A stretch of DNA of 64,000 bases from an uncultured Planctomycetota bacterium (GCA_963823665.1 CAWGMQ010000004.1:2432001-2496000), one strand, 5' to 3'; shown: positions 22,863 through 33,368, counted from the stretch's first letter. Numbers and translations are program-made. Notes: generated by a model not told the origin, from the letters alone.

Positions 22863-23895
22863 TCAGGGCTTGGTTTGTAAACTTTGCAAAAGCTCGAGTG
22901 CCTGGCTTCGAACACCGACCAATCCAGATCTGGAAAGCTCTGTGATCGGTGCCACGAGCGACCTGGTGAGCTCAGGTGAGCCGTTCGAGATCGAGGTTCG
23001 CAGGGCGGACATCGCTTCGAGCTCGATCGCCTCGATCTTGTTCTGCTTCTCGGAGTCGCTGGGAATGTCGATGACTTTTGCGAGATCGGCAGAGGAGAGC
23101 ATTTCACGCAGTGTGGCCGCCGCCGCGGGATCGCCGCGCCGGCCGAGTGCGACAGCCGCATTGAATCGAACGTATCGGTCTTCATCGTGTGCGATTCGAT
23201 CGCGCAGATGTTCGACCGCGGCGCTGCCTCCGAAAAACCCCAGGGCGTAGACAGCCATCTGGCGCGCTTCAGGCTCACCGGAGGCCGCTGCCTCACCCAA
23301 GGCCTTCACGGCACCCGGGTCTTCAAGCTTGCCGTCGGAACCGCGCTGCTTGCTTTGCCAGACTGGCCGCTGCCGCAATCCGGATCGGCGTTGGATATCT
23401 GGTCGATAAAGCGCGCGACAGCGGCACGAGCGGATCGATTGCCTGGCCGGTGCTAGTCTTCGCTTCCAGAGTGCGGAACGCTCCCAGCGTGAGAGTAAGA
23501 TACTGGGTCAGCTTGGGATCGGCGTCCGGCTGGTCGAGATCGTGAGCAAGCAGATCTGAGAGCTCGCCGAGCAAGACCGGGTCGCTGGCGATTTGCGCGT
23601 CGTGCTGGATCAGGCTGGCCAGCTCGAAAGCGAGACGCCAATTCGCAGTCGGCGAACGAAGCTGGCGGACGTACTCGACGGCGTCTCGTTCGCCCCCAGC
23701 CAGCTTGCCGAACAGGAGCCAAACGATGATCACCACCACGACGACCGCCGCCGGTATCACGAACAACTGAACGACAAAGCCAGCCGAAGGCGGCTCGACC
23801 GGCGGTAGATCAGTAAGCGCTCTGGCCTTGTCGCGGTCGTCACTCGAAAGGCGGAAAGGATCGGCTGGCTGATCGTGCAAATCTGGCGAGCTCAT
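22863..23895 (-). CDS. HEAT-repeat membrane-anchored protein; frameshift near 23330
   Basis: One TM segment (QLFVIPAAVVVVVIIVWLLFG), then HEAT-like motifs (RIAAAASL, RQMAVYALG, VRFNAAVALG) across ORFs 23323-23895 and 22863-23378. Confidence 0.75.
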
Positions 23896-23952
23896 CGTTG
23901 GGAATCAATCGTCTCAAGAGGAATGACGGAATGGAGATCGGACAATTCGAAC

Positions 23953-25425
23953 TCACACGGCATCTTCAGCGTTGCCCTGATTCAGTTTAGAGCCTGGGCA
24001 CGGCACGTCAAGGAAACGGCTCGTGCCGTGCCACAGGTAATAGACCGGTATTCCGGCGAGTATGCTGACGACAACCCAGGAAAAAACGATGGGATGCTCG
24101 CGGGCCGTCGCAACGGTCAAGAGAACGGTCACGACGAGGAAAACCGCGGGTGTTACTGGATACCCGGGTGTCCGAAACGGGCGGTCCAGGGCCGGCTGCT
24201 TGAATCTCAGAACGTAGATCGAGCTCACGGCGAGGGATGCAAAGATAGAGAGCCCAGCGCCCGCGTAGATGATCAGGTTCTCGAACGAACCGGTCCAGAG
24301 CAGGAGCAAAGCCACGCTCGTTTGGAGAACGGTGGCGACCACGGGCGTGCCGGCACGCGAGCTAAGCCGGGCCGCGATTGCGGGAAACTGACCGGCTTTG
24401 GCCATTGCGTAAATAACGCGCGGCCCTATCAGCACATAGGCGCTCAAAGTCGAGAGGAGCATCGTCCCGAAAATCATCGAGAGGGCCGTCGACCATTCTG
24501 GCCCGAACAGCCGAGCCGCAGCGATCTGGGCGATAGGTGCGACCGCTTCGCGTCCGATGTCGTTTGACGGATCATTCACGATCGCGCGAACGTCTGCGGC
24601 ACTGAGCGCCAGCCCGTAAACGACGTTGAGCAGCAGATACAGCACCGTAACGCCTGCCGTTCCGATCAGGATTGCCCATGGCAAGGTGCGCTTCGCGTCG
24701 CGGATCTCCCCCGCCAGATACGCGGCCGAGTTCCACCCGGTATAGGCGTAATAGATGTAGACCATCGATGACATCAAGGTCGTGGCAAGGCTTGCGTCCG
24801 CGGGGACGGCTCTGGAATCCCAAAGATTGGACGTATTCTGCCAACCGAAAAAGAGCCCCGCACACGCAAACGCAACCAGGCCGCAGATTTTGAAAGAGGT
24901 GATGAATCCCTGCACGCGCGCCGTGTGGGCTCGACTTGACACGTGAACAGCTGCAAAAACCACCAAAGCCGCGGTTCCGAGCGCCTGCTCAAGATAAATG
25001 CTCTCCCGGTTGGAAAACTTAAGCGGCGCGATCGTGTACTTGGCGAACGCGAACGCTGAAGCCGCGCTCGGCACTGCAAACCCGATCAGGAACGAGACCC
25101 AGCCTGACAAGAATGCCGGCAAGGGACCGTAGGCTTCGTAGAGATAAATGTAATCTCCGCCGGCTCTTGGAAGTGAAGCCGCCAGCTCGGCCAAGGTCAG
25201 TGCACCACTGAGCGCAGTGATTCCTCCGAGAACCCACAGCCATAACATCCACTGGTTGCTCCGCACGTCGAGAACCGTGAATCCGGACGTGGTGAGAACA
25301 CCAGTACCAACCATCCCTGCAATCACGATGAATGTGGCTGTCGGCAACCCAAAATCGACAGGCATATCGCGGCCGGCGTTGGCCCTACTATCGATAGAAT
25401 CCTTGTTTTCGTTGATTTTATTCAT
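23953..25425 (-). CDS. APC-family amino acid permease
   Basis: MVGTGV, LAELAASLPRAGGDYIYL, YAYTGWN and RPFRTPGYP motifs; ~12 TM segments. Start placed at ATG 25425. Confidence 0.9.
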   Translation of the reverse strand: MNKINENKDSIDSRANAGRDMPVDFGLPTATFIVIAGMVGTGVLTTSGFTVLDVRSNQWMLWLWVLGGITALSGALTLAELAASLPRAGGDYIYLYEAYGPLPAFLSGWVSFLIGFAVPSAASAFAFAKYTIAPLKFSNRESIYLEQALGTAALVVFAAVHVSSRAHTARVQGFITSFKICGLVAFACAGLFFGWQNTSNLWDSRAVPADASLATTLMSSMVYIYYAYTGWNSAAYLAGEIRDAKRTLPWAILIGTAGVTVLYLLLNVVYGLALSAADVRAIVNDPSNDIGREAVAPIAQIAAARLFGPEWSTALSMIFGTMLLSTLSAYVLIGPRVIYAMAKAGQFPAIAARLSSRAGTPVVATVLQTSVALLLLWTGSFENLIIYAGAGLSIFASLAVSSIYVLRFKQPALDRPFRTPGYPVTPAVFLVVTVLLTVATAREHPIVFSWVVVSILAGIPVYYLWHGTSRFLDVPCPGSKLNQGNAEDAV

Positions 25426-25686
25426 CAAAGAAGCCAGCGCAAGATGGCCAAAGACCGTATAATGGGTAACGTAATAGAGAAATCGATGAATTTTGAGTGA
25501 ACATCTGGAAAGTGGCGGTCGCAAAGCGAACAATAGTTGCATGAGGATGCTATCTATTACAAGGGATGGATTTTGGATACGAGGTGAGCCAGGGGAGTAG
25601 CTGAGGGTTTTGCCGTGAGTGAACTTCGGACCCGGAGAAGAGACCGTGGGTGGTCTCGTGCTCAGTGTGTCCAAGGACGGCTCTCG

Positions 25687-26013
25687 ATGCTTTATGAAGA
25701 CGAGGACGAAACCGGCACCGATCCGGCCGAGGCTTCGTCACCTCCCCCATCGGAAACGCCAATCAGCGCGGAGCGTGATCTCGCGCCTCCGCCCATCTTT
25801 CATCCACTGGCGTATCGCGGCGTGGTCGCGAACTGGCCAGTCGAATGGCGCGAGCGGTGGGGCCGGCGTGCCAATTCGCTGGAAGAAGGCGGCCTCTCCT
25901 GGAGAGATGCGGAGACACAGGCGTTCGTCGAGGTGTGGAATCAGCTCCGCCATCAGACCAACGGCCAGCCTGTCGCCGAAGCGCGGGGCGGGGCGGAAGC
26001 CGAACGGAATTGA
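25687..26013 (+). CDS. Hypothetical protein (Trp-rich, WRERWGRRA motif)
   Basis: Open frame with protein-like composition within ORF 25615-26013. Confidence 0.55.
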   Translation: MLYEDEDETGTDPAEASSPPPSETPISAERDLAPPPIFHPLAYRGVVANWPVEWRERWGRRANSLEEGGLSWRDAETQAFVEVWNQLRHQTNGQPVAEARGGAEAERN

Positions 26014-26093
26014 TCCGGATCACGGCGTGTTTGGTCGGGCTGTGAGGATCATCGCCGTTTCGGGGTGTGCTCCGCGCTTGCGTCGAGTTCATT

Positions 26094-26173
26094 ATTAGTT
26101 GGCGAGGGGGAAGTCCCTTCGCAGAGCGAAGGGCGACAATAATTAGTTGGCGAGTGGAAGTCCCTTCGCGGAG
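26094..26173. repeat. Two tandem copies of a REP-like palindromic unit; the second is interrupted by an IS
   Basis: attagttggcgag..ggaagtcccttcgc.gag at 26094 and 26142. The first copy has the hairpin cccttcgc-aga-gcgaaggg. Confidence 0.8.
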
Positions 26174-27823
26174 AGGCTGTCATCTTTTGGCCGCGTTGCG
26201 GTAACTCGGCCGTTGGGCCTAGTCGGCTGTGATTCACCGCTTGGTCGCTCGGTTAGTGCCGCCGATTCACGCCAGTTCTCCAATAGCCCAGCCGTTGACG
26301 CAAACGCGCTTTCCTATTTTGTCCCTTTTTTGCAAAGTACCGCTCATTCCGCCAGTTTGCCCATCGCTGGGCGCAGTCTCCCTGCGACAACCAGGTTGTG
26401 AGCAATTGCAAACAACAATGCGACGGCGCGGCAACGCGGTTGGCCACGCACGGGCATAAACCAGAATCCTCGATTGCGAGCCTGGGCGTTGACCCACTCG
26501 GCTGTTTGGCCTCGCAGCCGGTAGATCAGCTTCGCGGCCTCGGTCCCCATTCGGATCCGCCAAGCGGCAACCGCTTCGCTGTCGCCCTTCTTTGCGGTGT
26601 AGGGATCTTCTCCATTTGCCTGTTTCTTTTTCTCGTCTCTGATCGGCCCGTATACGATGCAGCCGCGTTGGGCCGCCTGATCGATCGAGTCCTTGGTCGT
26701 GAAGCCACCGTCAACCAATGCCTCATCCGGAATTCGTTCGTAACGCTCCTCCAACTGGTCGAGCATGGGCGGAAGTTCTTCGCCATCGTTCCCTGCGTTG
26801 GTCACCTCCACACCCACAATCACACCGCTTTCGGTGTCTGTTGTGAATTGAACGTTATATCCCGGCCGGAATCCTCCGTCTGGAAACTTCATGATCCTCG
26901 CGTCGGGGTCGGTGGTCGAAGCACGCGCTTCCCGCCCCTTGCGGCCGTAGGACTCGTCACGTTCGCGTTGCAGCTCCTCGCACTGCCGCATCGCTTCTTC
27001 GATCCGTTGCTGTCGCTTGTTGGCGGCACGCTCCCGCGCCGCTCGCTGCCGTCGAGTCAGCTCTGCTGTGTCCTCCTCGGCCAGTTTCTTCAGCGCCTCA
27101 ACCTGCTCCTTCGCCGCTTTCAGGCACTCCTCCAGGCTACCGCGACGACGAAACGAGCTCTTGCCCGCGCTGGCACGCACTCTCATTCCGTCCTGAGCGA
27201 CCCGGTCCATTTTCACCAACCCGGCATGGAGCAGGGTGCCCACGATCTGCGTGAGCAGTTCGTTCAACTTCTCGCCCCCACAAGCGAGGAAGTGGGACAA
27301 CATGCTGTGGTTGACGGTTACGCCGCCGCACAGCCACTGGTACGGCAGACTCCCTTGGTTCTTTTCGCACAGCCGTTCGATTTCACGGGCGCTGCCGACT
27401 CCCTTCAATGTGGCGAAAACCCGCAATCCGACCAGCAAGCGCGGGTCGGTGGCATCTCGGCCGACATGTCGCTCGACGGCCTTGATCTCGCCGAGCCAGG
27501 CTTTCAGATCGAGCTTGCAGACCGCCGCCCAGACGACCCGGGCCGGATGGTCGGCCTCGAGCAATTCATCGAGCGATGCCCAGCGCATCTCGATCTGGTC
27601 GCGTACGGGACACCGCAGCCGCGGCTTGCCAGTTGGCATCGACTGGGCAGCCTGGGCGGGAGAGGGCTGATCGGGCAAGTCTTCTGGGCTAAAGAGAGGA
27701 AGTGTCATGACGCTCGTCCTGCAACACCGGGGCTGCGTGGGGCTCATGCGGCGGACTACATGCATGGTATTAGAACGTGAACACTATACAAAATCAACCC
27801 CAACGCCGAAAAAATCACAGCCT
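26174..27823 (-). mobile_element. IS1182-family insertion sequence, 1650 bp
   Basis: Imperfect terminal IRs (aggctgtcatctttt / aaaaaatcacagcct) and flanking direct repeat cggag (26169-26173, 27824-27828). Encodes one transposase. Confidence 0.9.
26344..27708 (-). CDS. IS1182-family DDE transposase
   Basis: LDELLEADHPAR N-terminal domain, QDGMRVRASA, STTDPDARIMK, YNVQ, LVDGGF and Y..R...AEWVNA. Confidence 0.9.
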   Translation of the reverse strand: MTLPLFSPEDLPDQPSPAQAAQSMPTGKPRLRCPVRDQIEMRWASLDELLEADHPARVVWAAVCKLDLKAWLGEIKAVERHVGRDATDPRLLVGLRVFATLKGVGSAREIERLCEKNQGSLPYQWLCGGVTVNHSMLSHFLACGGEKLNELLTQIVGTLLHAGLVKMDRVAQDGMRVRASAGKSSFRRRGSLEECLKAAKEQVEALKKLAEEDTAELTRRQRAARERAANKRQQRIEEAMRQCEELQRERDESYGRKGREARASTTDPDARIMKFPDGGFRPGYNVQFTTDTESGVIVGVEVTNAGNDGEELPPMLDQLEERYERIPDEALVDGGFTTKDSIDQAAQRGCIVYGPIRDEKKKQANGEDPYTAKKGDSEAVAAWRIRMGTEAAKLIYRLRGQTAEWVNAQARNRGFWFMPVRGQPRCRAVALLFAIAHNLVVAGRLRPAMGKLAE

Positions 27824-27864
27824 CGGAGCGAACGGCGACACTGGCTTTTGCGTCAATCATTTCG

Positions 27865-28644
27865 TTAGCGCACACGCGGGCGCGGGGCTTCTTCTGATGC
27901 GTCGGTGGATCCAATTCTCTCGAATGCTGTGAAGAAGTTCTCTTTGAGCACGGGTGCCTTGGGCGATGCGATTCGTTTGAAACCTGCCGCCTCGATTTCC
28001 TTGATGAAGACGTTCCGGCCTGCTCGGACGTGTTTCAAGACGAACGCGGTGCTCTTTCCTTCCACCCGATCAAACTCGACCACAACGAGTCTGCCCCCGG
28101 GTTTGATCGCCTCCCGAAGCGATGCGAGAACGCTTTCGGGACGCTCGAGGTGATGATACACATCGCAAATAAAAGCCACATCCACTGCGCCCCTGGGGAG
28201 ATTGGTCGTTTGCTGAGATCCCCGCACCGTGACGACCTGCGGCCGCTTGTTCTTCTTGGCATCGGCAGCGATGTGTGCGAGGAACTCCGGCGCGATGTCG
28301 ACGGCATAGACCTTTCCGCTCGTCTGGACCTTTTCCGCCATGAGCCGGGTGAACAAGCCGGTGCCTGCGCCAATGTCGGCCACGACCATCCCCGGCTTCA
28401 GCTCAAGGGCTGCGACGATCTCGTGCCGTCGTGCGTATGGCTCTCGTTCCTCAGACTCGAACTTCTTGATGTAAGCCTTCACGTCGGGCTTCTTGAACGC
28501 GTCGTTGATCTTGGGATCGGTCTTGCTCTGCTGTGAAACCGATTGCCCTGTGGTTTGAGCCGACGAAATCGCCGCAGCGAGTGCAACCAGACTTGCCGCG
28601 GTCACAAGCGCCGTTCCGGTTCGACCAATCGCCCGAAGTTTCAT
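27865..28644 (-). CDS. Class I SAM-dependent methyltransferase with signal peptide
   Basis: VADIGAGTG, VYAVDI, DVYHH and KPGGRL. Confidence 0.85.
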   Translation of the reverse strand: MKLRAIGRTGTALVTAASLVALAAAISSAQTTGQSVSQQSKTDPKINDAFKKPDVKAYIKKFESEEREPYARRHEIVAALELKPGMVVADIGAGTGLFTRLMAEKVQTSGKVYAVDIAPEFLAHIAADAKKNKRPQVVTVRGSQQTTNLPRGAVDVAFICDVYHHLERPESVLASLREAIKPGGRLVVVEFDRVEGKSTAFVLKHVRAGRNVFIKEIEAAGFKRIASPKAPVLKENFFTAFERIGSTDASEEAPRPRVR

Positions 28645-28706
28645 TTGAAGAAAGCTCCTGAGAGCCACTGACGATGGATAAAGAGCAACTGAGAAAGGAC
28701 AAAGAT

Positions 28707-29951
28707 CTAGCGATTCCAGTAAATCTTGACGTTGTGAGTCGCCCGGCCGCCGGCAATGATGTCCATGCGACCATCGCCGTCGAGGTCAGCCGCCACGGCA
28801 TCTTCACAGGCCATACCGCCGTCGTCGAGTGTGTGGCGGTCGAAGGCGAGCGGAATCGTACCGGGTTTGGCGTCGAAAACGAACAGGCCCGGGCCTTTGG
28901 GACCTACTGATCCAGGTTTGTTCGGGTCGCGCTGGCCTATGATCAACTCGTCGTCGCCGTCGGCGTCCAGATCGGCGCACCAGACGGCGTGGCCCCATTG
29001 CAGCGGCTCGGCGATCACCTGGCGGCTCCAGAGAGACGATCTCGCCGTGTCTGACTTAGCAGCGGTGGTGGACAACTCACCTGGAGAGTAGACGACGACC
29101 TGAAAGCCATGCCAGGGCTCGATCGTCGCGACGAACGGCGACTTCGTGCGCAAGTGGCCGACCTTCACTTCGCTTGCTCCTTTGGACGGACTTGCTTCCT
29201 GGTTACCGGTGCCGATTCTCGTCTTGGTCCAGTGTCCTCTCGGATCGCGGTCGAGCGTGAAAACACCTTCCCATGCCGCGACAACGATCTCGTCGCGGCC
29301 GTCGTGGTCGATGTCAATGAGCTGAAGGTTGTGAATGGTGTGCAGGGTCGCGTCAGCGATCTCGACTGGCCAGGCGCGGTCACCGGGCTCTTTGGGAATG
29401 TCGTGCACCAGGATACGGACCCCCTGCCCTTGCCCCCAGTTTGGTCCCTTTGTCTGGCGACCCTGGAGCGGAGCGACCACGAGCTGCCTGCTGCTGGTTC
29501 CCTTCACGTCGCCGAAGCGCAGACGGTGCAACGTCGGCTCTTCGAATGCAATTGGGTGAAGCTGCCAGCGGCCTTCTTTGTCTCGGCCGAGCCACTGGAG
29601 GGTGCTCGGAGTTTTTGTATCCGTCGCGCGCCAGCCAGCACCGAGTGCGAAATCGATGTGGCCGTCGCCGTCGATATCATGAGGCTGAATGCAGACGTTG
29701 TCGCGGGCGGTCTTGCCGCGAACGATCTCGTGTTTTCCCCAGGCCGGGTTTTCGTACCAGATGACGGCGTCTTCGGTAACGACCACGACGTCGGGTTTTC
29801 CATCGCCATTCACATCGGCGGCCGTGACCGCGTAGCAGACCTCGCCGGCGTGCGGGTCGATCTCTTGCGGTTGAAAGTGCGGGAAGTCGGCCGCAACGGC
29901 CGAAAGCGAGCTCAAGAGAAAGAGAGCACTTGTGACGACGGTGAGACGCAT
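28707..29951 (-). CDS. Secreted FG-GAP/VCBS-repeat beta-propeller protein
   Basis: Signal peptide and repeated DxDGDGxxD motifs. Confidence 0.85.
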   Translation of the reverse strand: MRLTVVTSALFLLSSLSAVAADFPHFQPQEIDPHAGEVCYAVTAADVNGDGKPDVVVVTEDAVIWYENPAWGKHEIVRGKTARDNVCIQPHDIDGDGHIDFALGAGWRATDTKTPSTLQWLGRDKEGRWQLHPIAFEEPTLHRLRFGDVKGTSSRQLVVAPLQGRQTKGPNWGQGQGVRILVHDIPKEPGDRAWPVEIADATLHTIHNLQLIDIDHDGRDEIVVAAWEGVFTLDRDPRGHWTKTRIGTGNQEASPSKGASEVKVGHLRTKSPFVATIEPWHGFQVVVYSPGELSTTAAKSDTARSSLWSRQVIAEPLQWGHAVWCADLDADGDDELIIGQRDPNKPGSVGPKGPGLFVFDAKPGTIPLAFDRHTLDDGGMACEDAVAADLDGDGRMDIIAGGRATHNVKIYWNR

Positions 29952-30004
29952 GATCGACTCCCTAAATGGCTTTGGAGCGGGTGTTAGCCGGCGCGACTCT
30001 CTGC

Positions 30005-30032
30005 GGACGGCACACGGAGTGTGCCTGCTACA
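30005..30032 (-). repeat. GTAG-type REP-like palindrome
   Basis: Minus strand reads tGTAGca-ggcacac-tcc-gtgtgcc-gtcc; intergenic. Confidence 0.65.
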
Positions 30033-30054
30033 CCGGAGTCTCGGCGCCTCAGAG

Positions 30055-31647
30055 TCATAGCTCCGCAAGCGCTCCTGGTTTTTTGCTTCGGTCAAGGAAT
30101 GACGTTGCGGCGTGCATGATGGCTTCCTCGGTGGCTAGAGCGCGGGGGATTTCTGCGGCGAGCCGGCCTTCGCACAGGACGATGATCCGATCAGCGACTG
30201 CGAGCAGCTCGGGCAGCTCGCTCGAGGTCATGACGATGGCCCGGCCTTCGGATGCGAGGCGGCGGATTAACTGGTAGATTTCTGCCTTGGCCCCGACGTC
30301 GATGCCGCGAGTCGGCTCATCGAGCAACAGTACTTTGGGCTCGATCAGCAGCCATCGCGCGAGGATGCATTTCTGCTGGTTGCCTCCGGAGAGCGTGGTC
30401 ACCGGAACAGCGCCGCTCGCGGTCTTGATCGCCAGCTCTTTCACGGAGTGGGCCACGGCGCGTTTTTCAGCGCGCGGGTTGACGAGCGGGCCGGTTGTCA
30501 GCTCTGGAAGACGTCTGAGCGTGATGTTTTCAGCCACGGTCATTCCCTCGAAAAGGCCGAGGGTCTTGCGGTCCTCAGTGGTCATGGCGATTCCGGCCTT
30601 GATCGCCTGGTCGGGGTGTGTGAACCGCACCGGCTTGCCCTCGAGCCGAATGGTGCCCGATGGATGGAAAGGACTCGCGCCGAAGATTGCTTCGAGCAGC
30701 TCGGTTCGACCGGCGCCTAAAAGCCCGGCGACTCCGAGCACCTCGCCCGCGTGGACTGAAAAGCTGATGTCAGACAAATTCGGCCGGCCGCTTCCGGGTG
30801 GGCTCTTAAGCGACAGGTTCTCGACATCGAGGACAGCGTGTTTGCCGATCGGGTGCTGGACGTAGTCGAGGGCCGCGATGTCCCTGCCAACCATCCAGCG
30901 GACAACCTGTGCGGGCGAGGTGTCTGCGCGGGGGGCAGTGGCCACGAACTGGCCGTCGCGGAGCACGACAACATGGTCTGCCAGCTCGAAGATCTCGTTC
31001 ATCTTGTGGCTGATGTACAGTACGGTCGCTCCGGCTTTTCGCAGGTCGGCGATCACGCGGAAGAGACGTGCAACCTCCGAATCGGCCAGCGCCGATGTCG
31101 GCTCGTCCATGATGAAGATCTCGGCGTCGAACGCCAGTGCGCGGGCAATCTCGACCAATTGCTGGTCGCCGATTCGCAAGTCACCGAGCCTGGCTCGCGA
31201 AGAAACGGCTGTGCCCAGGCGGTCGAATAGCCGCGCGGTTTCGCGCTCCATCGCTCGATTGTCGAGCCACCCCAACCAACCGCCGCGTGTCTTTTCCCGG
31301 CCAAGGAAGATGTTGTCAGCGACAGAGAGGTGGGGAACCAGGTTGAGCTCCTGGTAGATGATCCGGATCGCGGCGTCCTCAGCCTGCCTGGGCCCGGAGA
31401 ACCGGACATGCCGGCCGTCAAGCACGATCTCGCCTTCGTAGTCAACGATCGCGCCGGCAAGGATCTTCATGAGCGTGCTCTTGCCTGCTCCGTTCTCCCC
31501 GCAGAGCGCGACCACTTCGCCTGCGCCGGCCCGAAAGGAGACATCTCGCAGCGCGCGAACGCCTCCGAAGCTTTTCGAGATGTGATGCATCTGGAGCCGG
31601 ATCGGCTTTGCGCTGCCTGCGTCAGGAAGATTCGAGTCGGGTCCCAT
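30055..31647 (-). CDS. Sugar ABC transporter ATP-binding protein (RbsA/MglA/XylG type, tandem ABC domains)
   Basis: GENGAGKST, MDEPT, LSGGNQQK and LLDEPTRGIDVGAK. Confidence 0.95.
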   Translation of the reverse strand: MGPDSNLPDAGSAKPIRLQMHHISKSFGGVRALRDVSFRAGAGEVVALCGENGAGKSTLMKILAGAIVDYEGEIVLDGRHVRFSGPRQAEDAAIRIIYQELNLVPHLSVADNIFLGREKTRGGWLGWLDNRAMERETARLFDRLGTAVSSRARLGDLRIGDQQLVEIARALAFDAEIFIMDEPTSALADSEVARLFRVIADLRKAGATVLYISHKMNEIFELADHVVVLRDGQFVATAPRADTSPAQVVRWMVGRDIAALDYVQHPIGKHAVLDVENLSLKSPPGSGRPNLSDISFSVHAGEVLGVAGLLGAGRTELLEAIFGASPFHPSGTIRLEGKPVRFTHPDQAIKAGIAMTTEDRKTLGLFEGMTVAENITLRRLPELTTGPLVNPRAEKRAVAHSVKELAIKTASGAVPVTTLSGGNQQKCILARWLLIEPKVLLLDEPTRGIDVGAKAEIYQLIRRLASEGRAIVMTSSELPELLAVADRIIVLCEGRLAAEIPRALATEEAIMHAATSFLDRSKKPGALAEL

Positions 31648-31654
31648 GGGCCAG

Positions 31655-32140
31655 TCAATCCGAGAGCGCGATCGCGTAATGAATTTGCCGGGCAACCTCG
31701 ACAAAACCTACCGAAGGATAGAGGTGGCGGCCGACCGCGTTCTGCTCGAGGGTCTCGATCTTGGCGATTGTCATGCCGGCCGAGCGGAAGTGGGCAAGCG
31801 CGTGCTCGATCAGCCGCCGGCCCAATCCCTGGCCACGTGCCTGCTGGGCAACGGCCAGGTTGTGAATCCAGCCGATGCGCGTGTCGAGGTCGCTTTGCAT
31901 CGTGACGTAGCCCACCAGTTCACCTTTTTCATCGTCCCGGGCAACGGCAACCTCGGCACCGAGCTCATCAATGTCGCGGTCGATGTCTCGTGACTTCCTA
32001 TAGCGCCAATCGCGGCCCGCCACGGAACCCAGGCGCACGTCGATATTATGGTCAATCGAAACGCCTTCGAACGCCGCAATGGTCAACCGGCGGAGGGCGG
32101 GACGATCGGTCACTTGCAACGGGCGTATGTGGATGGCCAT
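31655..32140 (-). CDS. GNAT N-acetyltransferase
   Basis: LAV....RGQGLGRRL and N...LY...GF motifs. Confidence 0.9.
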   Translation of the reverse strand: MAIHIRPLQVTDRPALRRLTIAAFEGVSIDHNIDVRLGSVAGRDWRYRKSRDIDRDIDELGAEVAVARDDEKGELVGYVTMQSDLDTRIGWIHNLAVAQQARGQGLGRRLIEHALAHFRSAGMTIAKIETLEQNAVGRHLYPSVGFVEVARQIHYAIALSD

Positions 32141-32225
32141 GAGAACGCATCGTACGCACGGGAGCGGCGGGGCGGAAAGGGGTCATCGGCCGTGATCAGA
32201 GGGAAGACTTCTCGGCCGGCTGGAA

Positions 32226-32771
32226 TTGCCCCGAACAGAAAGCGGGCCAATAGCCAGGGGATTCGGACCCATGGTACACTCAGAGCTGCCGGCTGATGCG
32301 CCAATCGCTATGCGGAGCTGTACCGTGAGTGCACGACTTGAAGCAAATTTCACATACTCTTGCCCGCACTGCCGGGTCGAGCTCGAGGCCCCTGCCGGAG
32401 GCTGGGACGGCTGGGTGCGCTGTCCTTCGTGTGCACGCGTATTCCTGCCGCCGGAGCCAGACAGGCTGCCGCGCAGTGTGCGCGCGAGTGCGGCCTCCAG
32501 GCCTAATGGTGACACTCAGCCTGGAGACGGCACCACGGCGGGCACCGCCCTGGTCGAGCCTGCCGGCGTTTTTACAAGCCGGATGGCCCACACGAGCGGC
32601 GCACGGTTGGTGTTCACCACTGGGTTCGTGCTCTGCCTGTTCCTCTCCTTGATCTTTTTTCTCGACTTCCAGCCCGGCAAGCTGGCGATTTTCGGGGCGC
32701 TCACAATCGGCTTCTTTCTACTCTTGCTGCGGACTCCCCGGAAGCGATTGCCGCCGGTCGGGTCGAATTGA
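32226..32771 (+). CDS. Zinc-ribbon membrane protein (true start probably later)
   Basis: CPHC...CPSC followed by two C-terminal TM segments. Confidence 0.65.
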   Translation: MPRTESGPIARGFGPMVHSELPADAPIAMRSCTVSARLEANFTYSCPHCRVELEAPAGGWDGWVRCPSCARVFLPPEPDRLPRSVRASAASRPNGDTQPGDGTTAGTALVEPAGVFTSRMAHTSGARLVFTTGFVLCLFLSLIFFLDFQPGKLAIFGALTIGFFLLLLRTPRKRLPPVGSN

Positions 32772-32888
32772 AGACACCTTGCACTGGCCAGTCCGAAATG
32801 ATTCAATCCCACCTTGTGTTCATTGATCGAGCTTCGTCAGCGCACCGATCACGCTGCCTGGGCGAAGGGATTCTGTAGTCTTCGAGGA

Positions 32889-33368
32889 ATGACCATCATG
32901 TCTTTGACGAAACACTTGGGGATGCGCACATCCACGGGTCTCTCCACGCTGCTTGCGGCCTTCGCTCTGGCTGGTCTGGGACTCCTGGCGGGCACCACAT
33001 CCCAGGCGCTCGGCGATGACAAGCCGCAGTCCGAGCTTCTGAAGCCTTTCCAGGGAACCTGGGCCACCGACGGCGAAGGCATCGACGCCAAGTGGACGTT
33101 CGACGGCGAGAAGATCAAAGCGACCGTCAACGGAACCGACTATTCTTGCAAGGTGAAGGTCGACACGGAGGCGAAGCCCAACCCCACGATGGACTTGTCG
33201 ATCGAAGACGGCCCGGAAGAAGCGAAGGGCAAGACCTCAAAGGTGATCTACAAGCTCGATGGCGAAAAGCTCACTCTCTGCGTCTCCGTTCCCGGCAAAG
33301 ACCGGCCCAAGGAGTTTGCTCAGGTCGAGGATGAATCGTACCTCTTCGTCCTGAAGAAGCAGAAGTAA
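32889..33368 (+). CDS. Planctomycete TIGR03067-type secreted protein
   Basis: Signal peptide, LKPFQGTW, IYKLDGEKLTLC and RPKEF. Confidence 0.8.
   Translation: MTIMSLTKHLGMRTSTGLSTLLAAFALAGLGLLAGTTSQALGDDKPQSELLKPFQGTWATDGEGIDAKWTFDGEKIKATVNGTDYSCKVKVDTEAKPNPTMDLSIEDGPEEAKGKTSKVIYKLDGEKLTLCVSVPGKDRPKEFAQVEDESYLFVLKKQK

Noticed and set aside
26398..27780. 460-aa plus-strand ORF and similar long shadow ORFs (e.g. 60094-61401, 19665-20537, 29109-29987)
   Set aside because: They are antisense to well-supported genes, which is expected in high-GC DNA, and carry no recognisable motifs.
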